Assembly: GCA_964016885.1 (NCBI GenBank)
Contig: OZ024760.1
Span: 3,224,001-3,288,000, forward strand
Origin: Eledone cirrhosa
Taxonomy: Eukaryota
Reading direction: 5' to 3'
DNA: 64,000 bases
Shown here piece after piece: positions 51,401 to 64,000 of the stretch (its first letter is position 1; the number at the start of each line of letters is the position of its first letter). Position numbers and translations under genes: made by a program. A model generated the notes under the pieces. It was given only the letters and a program-made list of their open reading frames with translations, was not told the DNA's origin and ran no database searches.

Positions 51401-54400
51401 TGGTATTGGTATTGTTAGTACTGATGGTGTTATTGGTATTGTTAGTACTGATGGTGGTATTGGTATTGTTAGTACTGATGGTGGTATTGGTATTGTTAGT
51501 GCTGATGGTGGTATTGGTATTGTTAGTGGCGATGGTGGTATTGGTATTGTTAGTACTGATGGTGGTATTGGTATTGTTAGTGCTGATGGTGGTATTGGTA
51601 TTGTTAGTGGCGATGGTGGTATTGGTATTGTTAGTACTGATGGTGTTATTGGTATTGTTAGTGGTGATGGTGGTATTGGTATTGTTAGTACTGATGGTGG
51701 TATTGTTAGTGCTGATTGTGGTATTGGTATTGTTAGGATTGATGGTGGTATTGGTATTGTTAGTGCTGATGGTGGTATTGTTAGTGCTGATTGTGGTATT
51801 GGTATTGTTAGGATCGATGGTGGTATTGGTATTGTTAGTGCTGATGGTGGTATTGGTATCGTTAGTGCTGATAGTGGTATTGGTATTGTTAGTACTGATG
51901 GTGGTATTGTTAGTACTGATTGTGGTATTGTTAGTGCTGATGGTGGTATTGGTATTGTTAGTGGCGATGGTGGTATTGGTATTGTTAGTACTGATGGTGT
52001 TATTGATATTTTTAGTGCTGATGGTGGTATTGGTATTGTTAGTGGTGATGGTGGTATTGGTATTGTTAGTGGCGATGGTGGTATTGGTATTGTTAGTACT
52101 GATGGTGGTATTGGTATTGTTAGTGCTGATGGTGGTATTGGTATTGTTAGTGCTGATGGTGGTATTGGTATTGTTAGTGCTGATGGTGTTATTGGTATTG
52201 TTAGTGCTGATGGTGGTATTGGTATTGTTAGTACTGATGGTGTTATTGGTATTGTTAGTGCTGATGGTGTTATTGGTATTGTTAGTGCTGATGGTGGTAT
52301 TGGTATTGTTAGTGCTGATGGTGTTATTGGTATTGTTAGTACTGATGGTGGTATTGGTATTGTTAGTACTGATGGTGGTATTGGTATTGTTAGTGCTGAT
52401 GGTGTTATTGGTATTGTTAGTGGTGATGGTGTTATTGGTATTGTTAGTGCTGATGGTGTTATTGGTATTGTTAGTGCTGATGGTGTTATTGGTATTGTTA
52501 GTGCTGATGGTGGTATTGGTATTGTTAGTACTGATGGTGTTATTGGTATTGTTAGTGGTGATGGTGGTATTGGTATTGTTAGTACTGATGGTGGTATTGT
52601 TAGTGCTGATGGTGGTATTGGTATTGTTAGTACTGATGGTGGTATTGTTAGTGCTGATGGTGGTATTGGTATTGTTAGTGCTGATGGTGGTATTGGTATT
52701 GTTAGTGCTGATGGTGGTCATGGTGTTGTTAGTACTGATGGTGGTATTGGTATTGTTAGTACTGATGGTGGTATTGGTATTGTTAGGATTGATGGTGGTA
52801 TTGGTATTGTTAGTGCTGATGGTGTTATTGGTATTCTTAGTACTGATGGTGGTATTGGTATTGTTAGTACTGATGGTGGTATTGTTAGTACTGATGGTGG
52901 TATTGGTATTGTTAGTACTGATGGTGGTATTGGTATTGTTAGTACTGATGGCGGTATTGGTATTGTTAGGATTGATGGTGGTATTGGTATCGTTAGTACT
53001 GATGGTGGTATTGGTATCGTTAATGGTGATGGTGGTATTGGTATTGTTAGTACTGATGGTGGTATTAGTATTGTTAGTGCTGATGGTGGTATTGGTATTG
53101 TTAGGATTGATGGTGGTATTGGTATTGTTAGTACTGATGGTGGTATTGGTATCGTTAATGGTGATGCTGGTATTGGTATTGTTAGTACTGACGTTGATAT
53201 TGGTATCGTTAGTACTGATAGTGGTATTGGTATTCTTAGTACTGATGGTGGTATTGGTATTGTTAGTGGTGATGGTGGTATTGGTATTCTTAGTGCTGAT
53301 GGTGGTATTGGTATTGTTAGTGCTGGTGGTGGTACTGGTGTTGTTAGTGCTGATGGTGGTATTGTTAGTGCTGATGGTGGTATTGGTATTGTTAGTGCTG
53401 ATGGTGGTATTTGTATTGTTAGTGGTGAAGGTGGTATTGGTATTGTTAGTACCGATGGTGGTATTGGTATCGTTAATGGTGATGGTGGTATTGGTATTGT
53501 TAGTACTGACGTTGATATTGGTATCGTTAGTACTGATGGTGGTATTGGTATTGTTAGTACTGATGGTGGTATTAGTATTGTTAGTACTAATGGTGGTATT
53601 GGTATCGTTAGTGCTGATGGTGTTATTGGTATTGTTAGTACTGATGGTGTTATATGTATTGTTAGTACTGATGGTGGTATTGGTATTGTTAGTACTGATG
53701 GTGGTATTGGTATTGTTAGTACTGATGGTGGTATTGGTATTGTTAGTACTGATGGTGGTATTGGTATTGTTAGTACTGATGGTGGTATTGGTATTGTTAG
53801 TACTGATGGTGGTATTGGTATTGTTAGTACTGATGGTGGTATTGGTATTGTTAGTACTGATGGTGGTATTGGTATTGTTAGTACTGATGGTGGTATTGGT
53901 ATTGTTAGTGGTGATGGTGGTATTGGTATTGTTAGTGCTGATGGTGGTATTGGTATTGTTAGTGTTGATGGTGGTATTGGTATTGTTAGTGCTGATGGTG
54001 GTATTGGTATTGTTAGTGCTGATGGTGGTATTGGTATTGTTAGTACTGATGGTGGTGTTGTTAGTACTGATTGTGGTATTGTTAGTGCTGATGGTGGTAT
54101 TGGTATTGTTAGTGGCGATGGTGGTATTGGTATTGTTAGTACTGATGGTGTTATTGATATTGTTAGTGCTGATGGTGGTATTGGTATTGTTAGTACCGAT
54201 GGTGTTATTGGTATTGTTAGTGGTGATGGTGGTATTGGTATTGTTAGTGGCGATGGTGGTATTGGTATTGTTAGTACTGATGGTGGTATTGGTATTGTTA
54301 GTGCTGATGGTGGTATTGGTATTGTTAGTGCTGATGGTGGTATTGGTATTGTTAGTGCTGATGGTGTTATTGGTATTGTTAGTGCTGATGGTGGTATTGG

Positions 54401-57400
54401 TATTGTTAGTACTGATGGTGTTATTGGTATTGTTAGTGCTGATGGTGTTATTGGTATTGTTAGTGCTGATGGTGGTATTGGTATTGTTAGTGCTGATGGT
54501 GTTATTGGTATTGTTAGTACTGATGGTGGTATTGGTATTGTTAGTACTGATGGTGGTATTGGTATTGTTAGTGCTGATGGTGTTATTGGTATTGTTAGTG
54601 CTGATGGTGTTATTGGTATTGTTAGTGCTGATGGTGTTATTGGTATTCTTAGTGCTGATGGTGTTATTGGTATTGTTAGTACTGATGGTGTTATTGGTAT
54701 TGTTAGTGCTGATGGTGTTATTGGTATTGTTAGTGCTGATGGTGGTATTGGTATTGTTAGTACTGATGGTGTTATTGGTATTGTTAGTGGTGATGGTGGT
54801 ATTGGTATTGTTAGTACTGATGGTGTTATTGGTATTGTTAGTACTGACGGTGTTATTGGTATTGTTAGTGCTGATGGTGTTATTGGTATTGTTAGCACTG
54901 ATGGTGTTATTGGTATTGTTAGTGCTGATGGTGTTATTGGTATTGTTAGTGCTGATGGTGGTATTGGTATTGTTAGTGCTGATGGTGTTATTGGTATTGT
55001 TATTGCTGATGGTGTTATTGGTATTGTTAGTGCTGATGGTGGTATTGTTATTGTTAGTACTGATGGTGTTATTGGTATTGTTAGTGGTGATGGTGGTATT
55101 GGTATTGTTAGTACTGATGGTGGTATTGTTAGTGCTGATGGTGGTATTGGTATTGTTAGTACGGATGGTGGTATTGTTAGTGCTGATGGTGGTATTGGTA
55201 TTGTTAGTGCTGATGGTGGTCATGGTGTTGTTAGTACTGATGGTGGTATTGGTATTGTTAGTACTGATGGTGGTATTGGTATTGTTAGGATTGATGGTGG
55301 TATTGGTATTGTTAGTGCTGATGGTGTTATTGGTATTCTTAGTACTGATGGTGGTATTGGTATTGTTAGTACTGATGGTGGTATTGTTAGTACTGATGGT
55401 GGTATTGGTATTGTTAGTACTGATGGTGGTATTGGTATTGTTAGTACTGATGGCGGTATTGGTATTGTTAGGATTGATGGTGGTATTGGTATCGTTAGTA
55501 CTGATGGTGGTATTGGTATCGTTAATGGTGATGGTGGTATTGGTATTGTTAGTACTGATGGTGGTATTAGTATTGTTAGTGCTGATGGTGGTATTGGTAT
55601 TGTTAGGATTGATGGTGGTATTGGTATTGTTAGTACTGATGGTGGTATTGGTATCGTTAATGGTGATGCTGGTATTGGTATTGTTAGTTCTGACGTTGAT
55701 ATTGGTATCGTTAGTACTGATAGTGTTATTGGTATTCTTAGTACTGATGTTGGTATTGGTATTGTTAGTGGTGATGGTGGTATTGGTATTGTTAGTGCTG
55801 ATGGTGGTATTGGTATTGTTAGTGCTGGTGGTGGTACTGGTGTTGTTAGTGCTGATGGTGGTATTGGTATTGTTAGTGCAGATGGTGGTATTGGTATTGT
55901 TAGTGCTGATGGTGGTATTGGTATTGTTAGTGGTGATGGTGGTATTGGTATTGTTAGTGTTGATGGTGGTATTGGTATTGTTAGTGCTGATGGTGGTATT
56001 GGTATTGTTAGTGCTGATGGTGGTATTGGTATTGTTAGTACTGATGGTATTATTGGTATTGTTAGTGGCGATGGTGGTATTGGTATTGTTAGTACTGATG
56101 GTGGTATTGGTATTGTTAGTGCTGATGGTGGTATTGGTATTGTTAGTGGCGATGGTGGTATTGGTATTGTTAGTACTGATGGTGTTATTGGTATTGTTAG
56201 TGGTGAATGTGGTATTGGTATTGTTAGTACTGATAGTGGTATTGTTAGTGCTGATTGTGGTATTGGTATTGTTAGGATTGATGGTGGTATTGGTATTGTT
56301 AGTACTGATGGTGGTATTGGTATTGTTAGTACTGATGGTGGTATTGTTAGTACTGATTGTGGTATTGTTAGTGCTGATGGTGGTATTGGTATTGTTAGTG
56401 GCGATGGTGGTATTGGTATTGTTAGTACTGATGGTGTTATTGATATTGTTAGTGCTGATGGTGGTATTGGTATTGTTAGTACCGATGGTGTTATTGGTAT
56501 TGTTAGTGGTGATGGTGGTATTGGTATTGTTAGTGGCGATGGTGGTATTGGTGTTGTTAGTACTGATGGTGGTATTGGTATTGTTAGTGCTGATGGTGGT
56601 ATTGGTATTGTTAGTGCTGATGGTGGTATTGGTATTGTTAGTGCTGATGGTGTTATTGGTATTGCTAGTGCTGATGGTGGTATTGGTATTGTTAGTACTG
56701 ATGGTGTTATTGGTATTGTTAGTGCTGATGGTGTTATTGGTATTGTTAGTGCTGATGGTGGTATTGGTATTGTTAGTGCTGATGGTGTTATTGGTATTGT
56801 TAGTACTGATGGTGGTATTGGTATTGTTAGTACTGATGATGGTATTGGTATTGTTAGTACTGATGGTGTTATTGGTATTGTTAGTGGTGATGGTGGTATT
56901 GGTATTGTTAGTACTGATGGTGGTATTGTTAGTGCTGATGGTGGTATTGGTATTGTTAGTACGGATGGTGGTATTGTTAGTGCTGATGGTGGTATTGGTA
57001 TTGTTAGTGCTGATGGTGGTCATGGTGTTGTTAGTACTGATGGTGGTATTGGTATTGTTAGGATTGATGGTGGTATTGGTATTGTTAGTGCTGATGGTGT
57101 TATTGGTATTCTTAGTACTGATGGTGGTATTGGTATTGTTAGTACTGATGGTGGTATTGTTAGTACTGATGGTGGTATTGGTATTGTTAGTACTGATGGT
57201 GGTATTGGTATTGTTAGTACTGATGGCGGTATTGGTATTGTTAGGATTGATGGTGGTATTGGTATCGTTAGTACTGATGGTGGTATTGGTATCGTTAATG
57301 GTGATGGTGGTATTGGTATTGTTAGTACTGATGGTGGTATTAGTATTGTTAGTGCTGATGGTGGTATTGGTATTGTTAGGATTGATGGTGGTATTGGTAT

Positions 57401-60400
57401 TGTTAGTACTGATGGTGGTATTGGTATCGTTAATGGTGATGCTGGTATTGGTATTGTTAGTTCTGACGTTGATATTGGTATCGTTAGTACTGATAGTGGT
57501 ATTGGTATTCTTAGTACTGATGTTGGTATTGGTATTGTTAGTGGTGATGGTGGTATTGGTATTGTTAGTGCTGATGGTGGTATTGGTATTGTTAGTGCTG
57601 GTGGTGGTACTGGTGTTGTTAGTGCTGATGGTGGTATTGGTATTGTTAGTGCAGATGGTGGTATTGGTATTGTTAGTGCTGATGGTGGTATTGGTATTGT
57701 TAGTGGTGATGGTGGTATTGGTATTGTTAGTGTTGATGGTGGTATTGGTATTGTTAGTGCTGATGGTGGTATTGGTATTGTTAGTGCTGATGGTGGTATT
57801 GGTATTGTTAGTACTGATGGTATTATTGGTATTGTTAGTGGCGATGGTGGTATTGGTATTGTTAGTACTGATGATGGTATTGTTAGTGCTGATTGTGGTA
57901 TTGGTATTGTTAGGATTGATGGTGGTATTGGTATTGTTAGTACTGATGGTGGTATTGGTATTGTTAGTACTGATGGTGGTATTGTTAGTACTGATTGTGG
58001 TATTGTTAGTGCTGATGGTGGTATTGGTATTGTTAGTGGCGATGGTGGTATTGGTATTGTTAGTACTGATGGTGTTATTGATATTGTTAGTGCTGATGGT
58101 GGTATTGGTATTGTTAGTACCGATGGTGTTATTGGTATTGTTAGTGGTGATGGTGGTATTGGTATTGTTAGTGGCGATGGTGGTATTGGTATTGTTAGTA
58201 CTGATGGTGGTATTGGTATTGTTAGTGCTGATGGTGGTATTGGTATTGTTAGTGCTGATGGTGGTATTGGTATTGTTAGTGCTGATGGTGTTATTGGTAT
58301 TGTTAGTGCTGATGGTGGTATTGGTATTGTTAGTACTGATGGTGTTATTGGTATTGTTAGTGCTGATGGTGTTATTGGTATTGTTAGTGCTGATGGTGGT
58401 ATTGGTATTGTTAGTGCTGATGGTGTTATTGGTATTGTTAGTACTGATGGTGGTATTGGTATTGTTAGTACTGATGGTGGTATTGGTATTGTTAGTGCTG
58501 ATGGTGTTATTGGTATTGTTAGTGCTGATGGTGTTATTGGTATTGTTAGTGCTGATGGTGTTATTGGTATTCTTAGTGCTGATGGTGTTATTGGTATTGT
58601 TAGTACTGATGGTGTTATTGGTATTGTTAGTGCTGATGGTGTTATTGGTATTGTTAGTGCTGATGGTGGTATTGGTATTGTTAGTACTGATGGTGTTATT
58701 GGTATTGTTAGTGGTGATGGTGGTATTGGTATTGTTAGTACTGATGGTGTTATTGGTATTGTTAGTACTGACGGTGTTATTGGTATTGTTAGTGCTGATG
58801 GTGTTATTGGTATTGTTAGTACTGATGGTGTTATTGGTATTGTTAGTGCTGATGGTGTTATTGGTATTGTTAGTGCTGATGGTGTTATTGGTATTGTTAT
58901 TGCTGATGGTGTTATTGGTATTGTTAGTGCTGATGGTGGTATTGGTATTGTTAGTACTGATGGTGTTATTGGTATTGTTAGTGGTGATGGTGGTATTGGT
59001 ATTGTTAGTACTGATGGTGGTATTGTTAGTGCTGATGGTGGTATTGGTATTGTTAGTACGGATGGTGGTATTGTTAGTGCTGATGGTGGTATTGGTATTG
59101 TTAGTGCTGATGGTGGTCATGGTGTTGTTAGTACTGATGGTGGTATTGGTATTGTTAGTACTGATGGTGGTATTGGTATTGTTAGGATTGATGGTGGTAT
59201 TGGTATTGTTAGTGCTGATGGTGTTATTGGTATTCTTAGTACTGATGGTGGTATTGGTATTGTTAGTACTGATGGTGGTATTGTTAGTACTGATGGTGGT
59301 ATTGGTATTGTTAGTACTGATGGTGGTATTGGTATTGTTAGTACTGATGGCGGTATTGGTATTGTTAGGATTGATGGTGGTATTGGTATCGTTAGTACTG
59401 ATGGTGGTATTGGTATCGTTAATGGTGATGGTGGTATTGGTATTGTTAGTACTGATGGTGGTATTAGTATTGTTAGTGCTGATGGTGGTATTGGTATTGT
59501 TAGGATTGATGGTGGTATTGGTATTGTTAGTACTGATGGTGGTATTGGTATCGTTAATGGTGATGCTGGTATTGGTATTGTTAGTTCTGACGTTGATATT
59601 GGTATCGTTAGTACTGATAGTGGTATTGGTATTCTTAGTACTGATGTTGGTATTGGTATTGTTAGTGGTGATGGTGGTATTGGTATTGTTAGTGCTGATG
59701 GTGGTATTGGTATTGTTAGTGCTGGTGGTGGTACTGGTGTTGTTAGTGCTGATGGTGGTATTGGTATTGTTAGTGCAGATGGTGGTATTGGTATTGTTAG
59801 TGCTGATGGTGGTATTGGTATTGTTAGTGGTGATGGTGGTATTGGTATTGTTAGTGCTGATGGTGGTATTTGTATTGTTAGTGGTGAAGGTGGTATTGGT
59901 ATTGTTAGTACTGATGGTGGTATTGGTATCGTTAATGGTGATGGTGGTATTGGTATTGTTAGTACTGATGGTGGTATTGGTATCGTTAATGGTGATGGTG
60001 GTATTGGTATTGTTAGTACTGATGGTGGTATTGGTATTGTTAGTACTGACGTTGATATTGGTATCGTTAGTACTGATGGTGGTATTGGTATTGTTAGTAC
60101 TGATGGTGGTATTAGTATTGTTAGTACTGATGGTGGTATTGGTATCGTTAGTGCTGATGGTGTTATTGGTATTGTTAGTACTGATGGTGTTATATGTATT
60201 GTTAGTACTGATGGTGGTATTGGTATTGTTAGTACTGATGGTGGTATTGGTATTGTTAGTGGTGATGGTGGTATTGGTATTGTTAGTGCTGATGGTGGTA
60301 TTGGTATTGTTAGTGTTGATGGTGGTATTGGTATTGTTAGTGCTGATGGTGGTATTGGTATTGTTAGTGCTAATGGTGGTATTGGTATTGTTAGTTCTGA

Positions 60401-63400
60401 TGGTGTTATTGGTATTGTTAGTGGTGAAGGTGGTATTGGTATTGTTAGTGGTGAAGGTGGTATTGGTATTGTTAGTGCTGATGGTGGTATTGGTATTGTT
60501 AGTGGTGAAGGTGGTATTGGTATTGTTAGTGCTGATGGTGGTATTGGTATTGTTAGTGGTGAAGGTGGTATTGGTATTGTTAATGGTGATGGTGTTATCG
60601 GTATTGTTAGTACTGATGGTGGTATTGGTATTGTTAGTGCTGATGGTGGTATTGGTATTGTTGGTACTGATGGTGATATTGGTATTGTTAGTGCTGATGG
60701 TGGTATTGGTATTGTAAGTGCTGATGGTGGTATTGGTATTGTTAGTGCTGATGGTGGTATTGGTATTGTTAGTACTGATGGTGATATTGGTATTGTTAGT
60801 GCTGATGGTGGTATTGGTATTGTTAGTACTGATGGTGGTATTGGTATTGTTAGTACTGATGGTGGTATTGTATTGTTAGTACTGATGGTGGTATTGGTAC
60901 TGTAAGTGCTGATGGTGGTATTGGTGTTGTTAGTACTGATGGTGGTATTGGTATTGTTAGTGCTGATGGTGGTATTGGTATTGTTAGTACTGATGATGGT
61001 ATTGTTATTGTTAGTGCTGATTGTGGTATTGGTATTGTTAGTATTGATGGTGGTATTGGTATTGTTAGTGCTGACGGTGGTATTGGTAATGTTAGTGCTG
61101 ATGCTGGTATTGGTATTGTTAGTACTGATGGTGGTAGTGGTATTGTTAGTACTGATGGTGGTATTGGTATTGTTAGTGCTGATGGTGGTATTGGTATTGT
61201 TAGTGCTGATGCTGGTATTGGTATTGTTAGTGCTGATGGTGGTATTGGTATTGTTAGTACTGATGGTGGTATTGGTATTGTTAGTGGCGATGGTGGTATT
61301 GGTATTGTTAGTGGTGATGGTGGTATTGGTATTGTTAGTACTGATGGGGGTATTGGTATTGTTAGTACTGATGGTGTTATTGGTATTCTTAGTACTGATG
61401 GTGGTATTGGTATTGTTAGTGGTGATGGTGGTATTGGTATTGTTAGTACTGATGGTGGTATTGGAATTGTTAGTACTGGTGGTGGTATTGGTATTGTTAG
61501 TGCTGATGGTGCTGATGGTATTGTTAGTGCTGATGGTGGTATTGTTAGTGCTGATGGTGATATTGGTATTGTTAGTACTGATGGTGGTATTGGTATTGTT
61601 AGTACTGATGGTGGTATTGGTATTGTTAGTACTGATGGTGGTATTGGTATTGTTAGTACTGATGGTGGTATTGTTAGTACTGATGGTGGTATTGGTATTG
61701 TTAGTACTGATGGTGGTATTGGTATTGTTAGTACTGATGGTGGTATTGGTATCGTTAGTGCTGATGGTGGTATTGGTATTGTTAGTACTGATGGTGGTAT
61801 TGGTATTGTTAGTGCTGATGGTGTTATTGGTATTGTTAGTGCTGATGGTGGTATTGTTAGTATTGTTAGTACTGATGGTGGTATTGGTATTGTTAGTGCT
61901 GATGGTGGTATTGGTATTGTTAGTACTGATGGTGTTATTGGTATTGTTAGTGCTGATGGTGGTATTGGTATTGTTAGTGCTGATGGTGGTATTGTTAGTA
62001 TTGTTAATGCTGATGGTGGTATCGGTATTGTTAGTACTGATGGTGGTATTGGTATTGTTAGTACTGATGGTGGTATTGGTATTGTTAGTACTGATGGTGG
62101 TATTGGTATTGTTAGTGGTGATGGTGGTATTGGTATTGTTAGTGCTGATGCTGGTATTGGTATTGTTAGTGCTGATGGTGGTGTTGGTATTGTTAGTACT
62201 GATGGTGGTATTGGTATTGTTAGTGGCGATGGTGGTATTGGTATTGTTAGTGGTGATGGTGGTATTGGTATTGTTAGTACTGATGGTGGTATTGGTATTG
62301 TTAGTACTGATGGCGTTATTGGTATTCTTAGTACTGATGGTGGTATTGGTATTGTTAGTGGTGATGGTGGTATTGGTATTGTTAGTGGTGATGGTGTTAT
62401 CGGTATTGTTAGTACTGATGGTGGTATTGGTATTGTTAGTACTGATGGTGGTATTGGTATTGTTAGTGGTGATGGTGGTATTGGTATTGTTAGTACTGAT
62501 GGTGGTATTGGTATTGTTAGTGGTGATGGTGGTATTGGTATTGTTAGTACTGATGGGGGTATTGGTATTGTTAGTGCTGATGGTGGTATTGGTATTGTTA
62601 GTGGTGATGGTGGTATTGGTATCGTTAGTACTGATGGTGGTATTGGAATTGTTAGTACTGGTGGTGGTATTGGTATTGTTAGTGCTGATGGTGCTGATGG
62701 TATTGTTAGTGCTGATGGTGGTATTGTTAGTGCTGATGGTGGTATTGGTATTGTTAGTACTGATGGTGGTATTGTTAGTACTGATGGTGGTATTGGTATT
62801 GTTAGTACTGATGGTGGTATTGGTATTGTTATTACTGATGGTGGTATTGTTAGTACTGATGGTGGTATTGGTATTGTTTGTACTGATGGTGGTATTGGTA
62901 TTGTTAGTACTGATGGTGGTATTGGTATTGTTAGTGCTGATGGTGGTATTGGTATTGTTAGTACTGATGGTGGTATTGGTATTGTTAGTGCTGATGGTGG
63001 TATTGGTATTGTTAGTACTGATGGTGGTATTGTTAGTGCTGCTGGTGGTATTGGTATTGTTAGTACTGATGGTGGTATTGTTAGTGCTGATGGTGGTATT
63101 GGTATTGTTAGTGCTGATGGTGGTATTGGTATTGTTAGTGCTGATGGTGGTCATGGTGTTGTTAGTACTGATGGTGGTATTGGTATTGTTAGTACTGATG
63201 GTGGTATTGGTATTGTTAGGATTGATGGTGGTATTGGTATTGTTAGTGCTGATGGTGTTATTGGTATTCTTAGTACTGATGGTGGTATTGGTATTGTTAG
63301 TACTGATGGTGGTATTGTTAGTACTGATGGTGGTATTGGTATTGTTAGTACTGATGGTGGTATTGGTATTGTTAGTACTGATGGCGGTATTGGTATTGTT

Positions 63401-64000
63401 AGGATTGATGGTGGTATTGGTATCGTTAGTACTGATGGTGGTATTGGTATCGTTAATGGTGATGGTGGTATTGGTATTGTTAGTACTGATGGTGGTATTA
63501 GTATTGTTAGTGCTGATGGTGGTATTGGTATTGTTAGGATTGATGGTGGTATTGGTATTGTTAGTACTGATGGTGTTATTGGTATCGTTAATGGTGATGC
63601 TGGTATTGGTATTGTTAGTACTGACGTTGATATTGGTATCGTTAGTACTGATAGTGGTATTGGTATTCTTAGTACTGATGGTGGTATTGGTATTGTTAGT
63701 GGTGATGGTGGTATTGGTATTGTTAGTGCTGATGGTGGTATTGGTATTGTTAGTGCTGGTGGTGGTACTGGTGTTGTTAGTACTGACGTTGATATTGGTA
63801 TCGTTAGTACTGATGGTGGTATTGGTATTGTTAGTACTGATGGTGGTATTAGTATTGTTAGTACTGATGGTGGTATTGGTATCGTTAGTGCTGATGCTGT
63901 TATAGGTATTGTTAGTACTGATGGTGTTATATGTATTGTTAGTACTGATGGTGGTATTGGTATTGTTAGTACTGATGGTGTTATTGGTATTGTTAGTGGT
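36470..64000. repeat. Large 27-bp tandem satellite array (about 1000 units by length; runs off the window)
   Basis: Unit GGTG(G/T)TATTGGTATTGTTAGT(A/G)CTGAT with 21-bp and 30-bp variants. Reads GGIGIVSTD on plus and ISTNNTNTT on minus. Shared rare variants show kilobase-scale duplications. Confidence 0.99.

Noticed and set aside
36470-64000. CRISPR array or telomeric repeat
   Set aside because: Units are contiguous with no unique spacers, the context is eukaryotic, and the unit is not TTAGGG-like.

Overview
Eukaryotic, gene-poor, repeat-saturated DNA; the SINE families and microsatellite load look like an octopus (coleoid cephalopod) genome (inference from remembered repeat motifs, not a database hit). 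No credible host protein-coding exon was found; almost all ORF-track entries are translations of microsatellites. Bases 1-23.9 kb and 29-35.9 kb are a mosaic of microsatellites, about 17 copies or fragments of one tRNA-derived SINE superfamily, other SINEs, short LINE remnants (two R4/Dong-like 3' ends, two RTE-like pieces), several MITEs (Tc1/mariner-, hAT- and pogo-like) and a Helitron-like end. Two G+T-rich tandem arrays built on an NNT triplet lattice dominate the rest: a 36-bp-unit array (about 24.2-28.5 kb) and a 27-bp-unit array of at least 27.5 kb (about 36.4 kb to the window end) with kilobase-scale nested duplications. The least expected signal is a set of at least four short non-coding element families carrying type I hammerhead-ribozyme motifs (best copy 6711-6762). 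They sit in (TA)n/(GA)n tracts, are often folded back on themselves at the ribozyme, and mostly share a downstream ATTGAGTACT-like box. This suggests Penelope-like terminal repeats or non-autonomous retrozyme-like elements.
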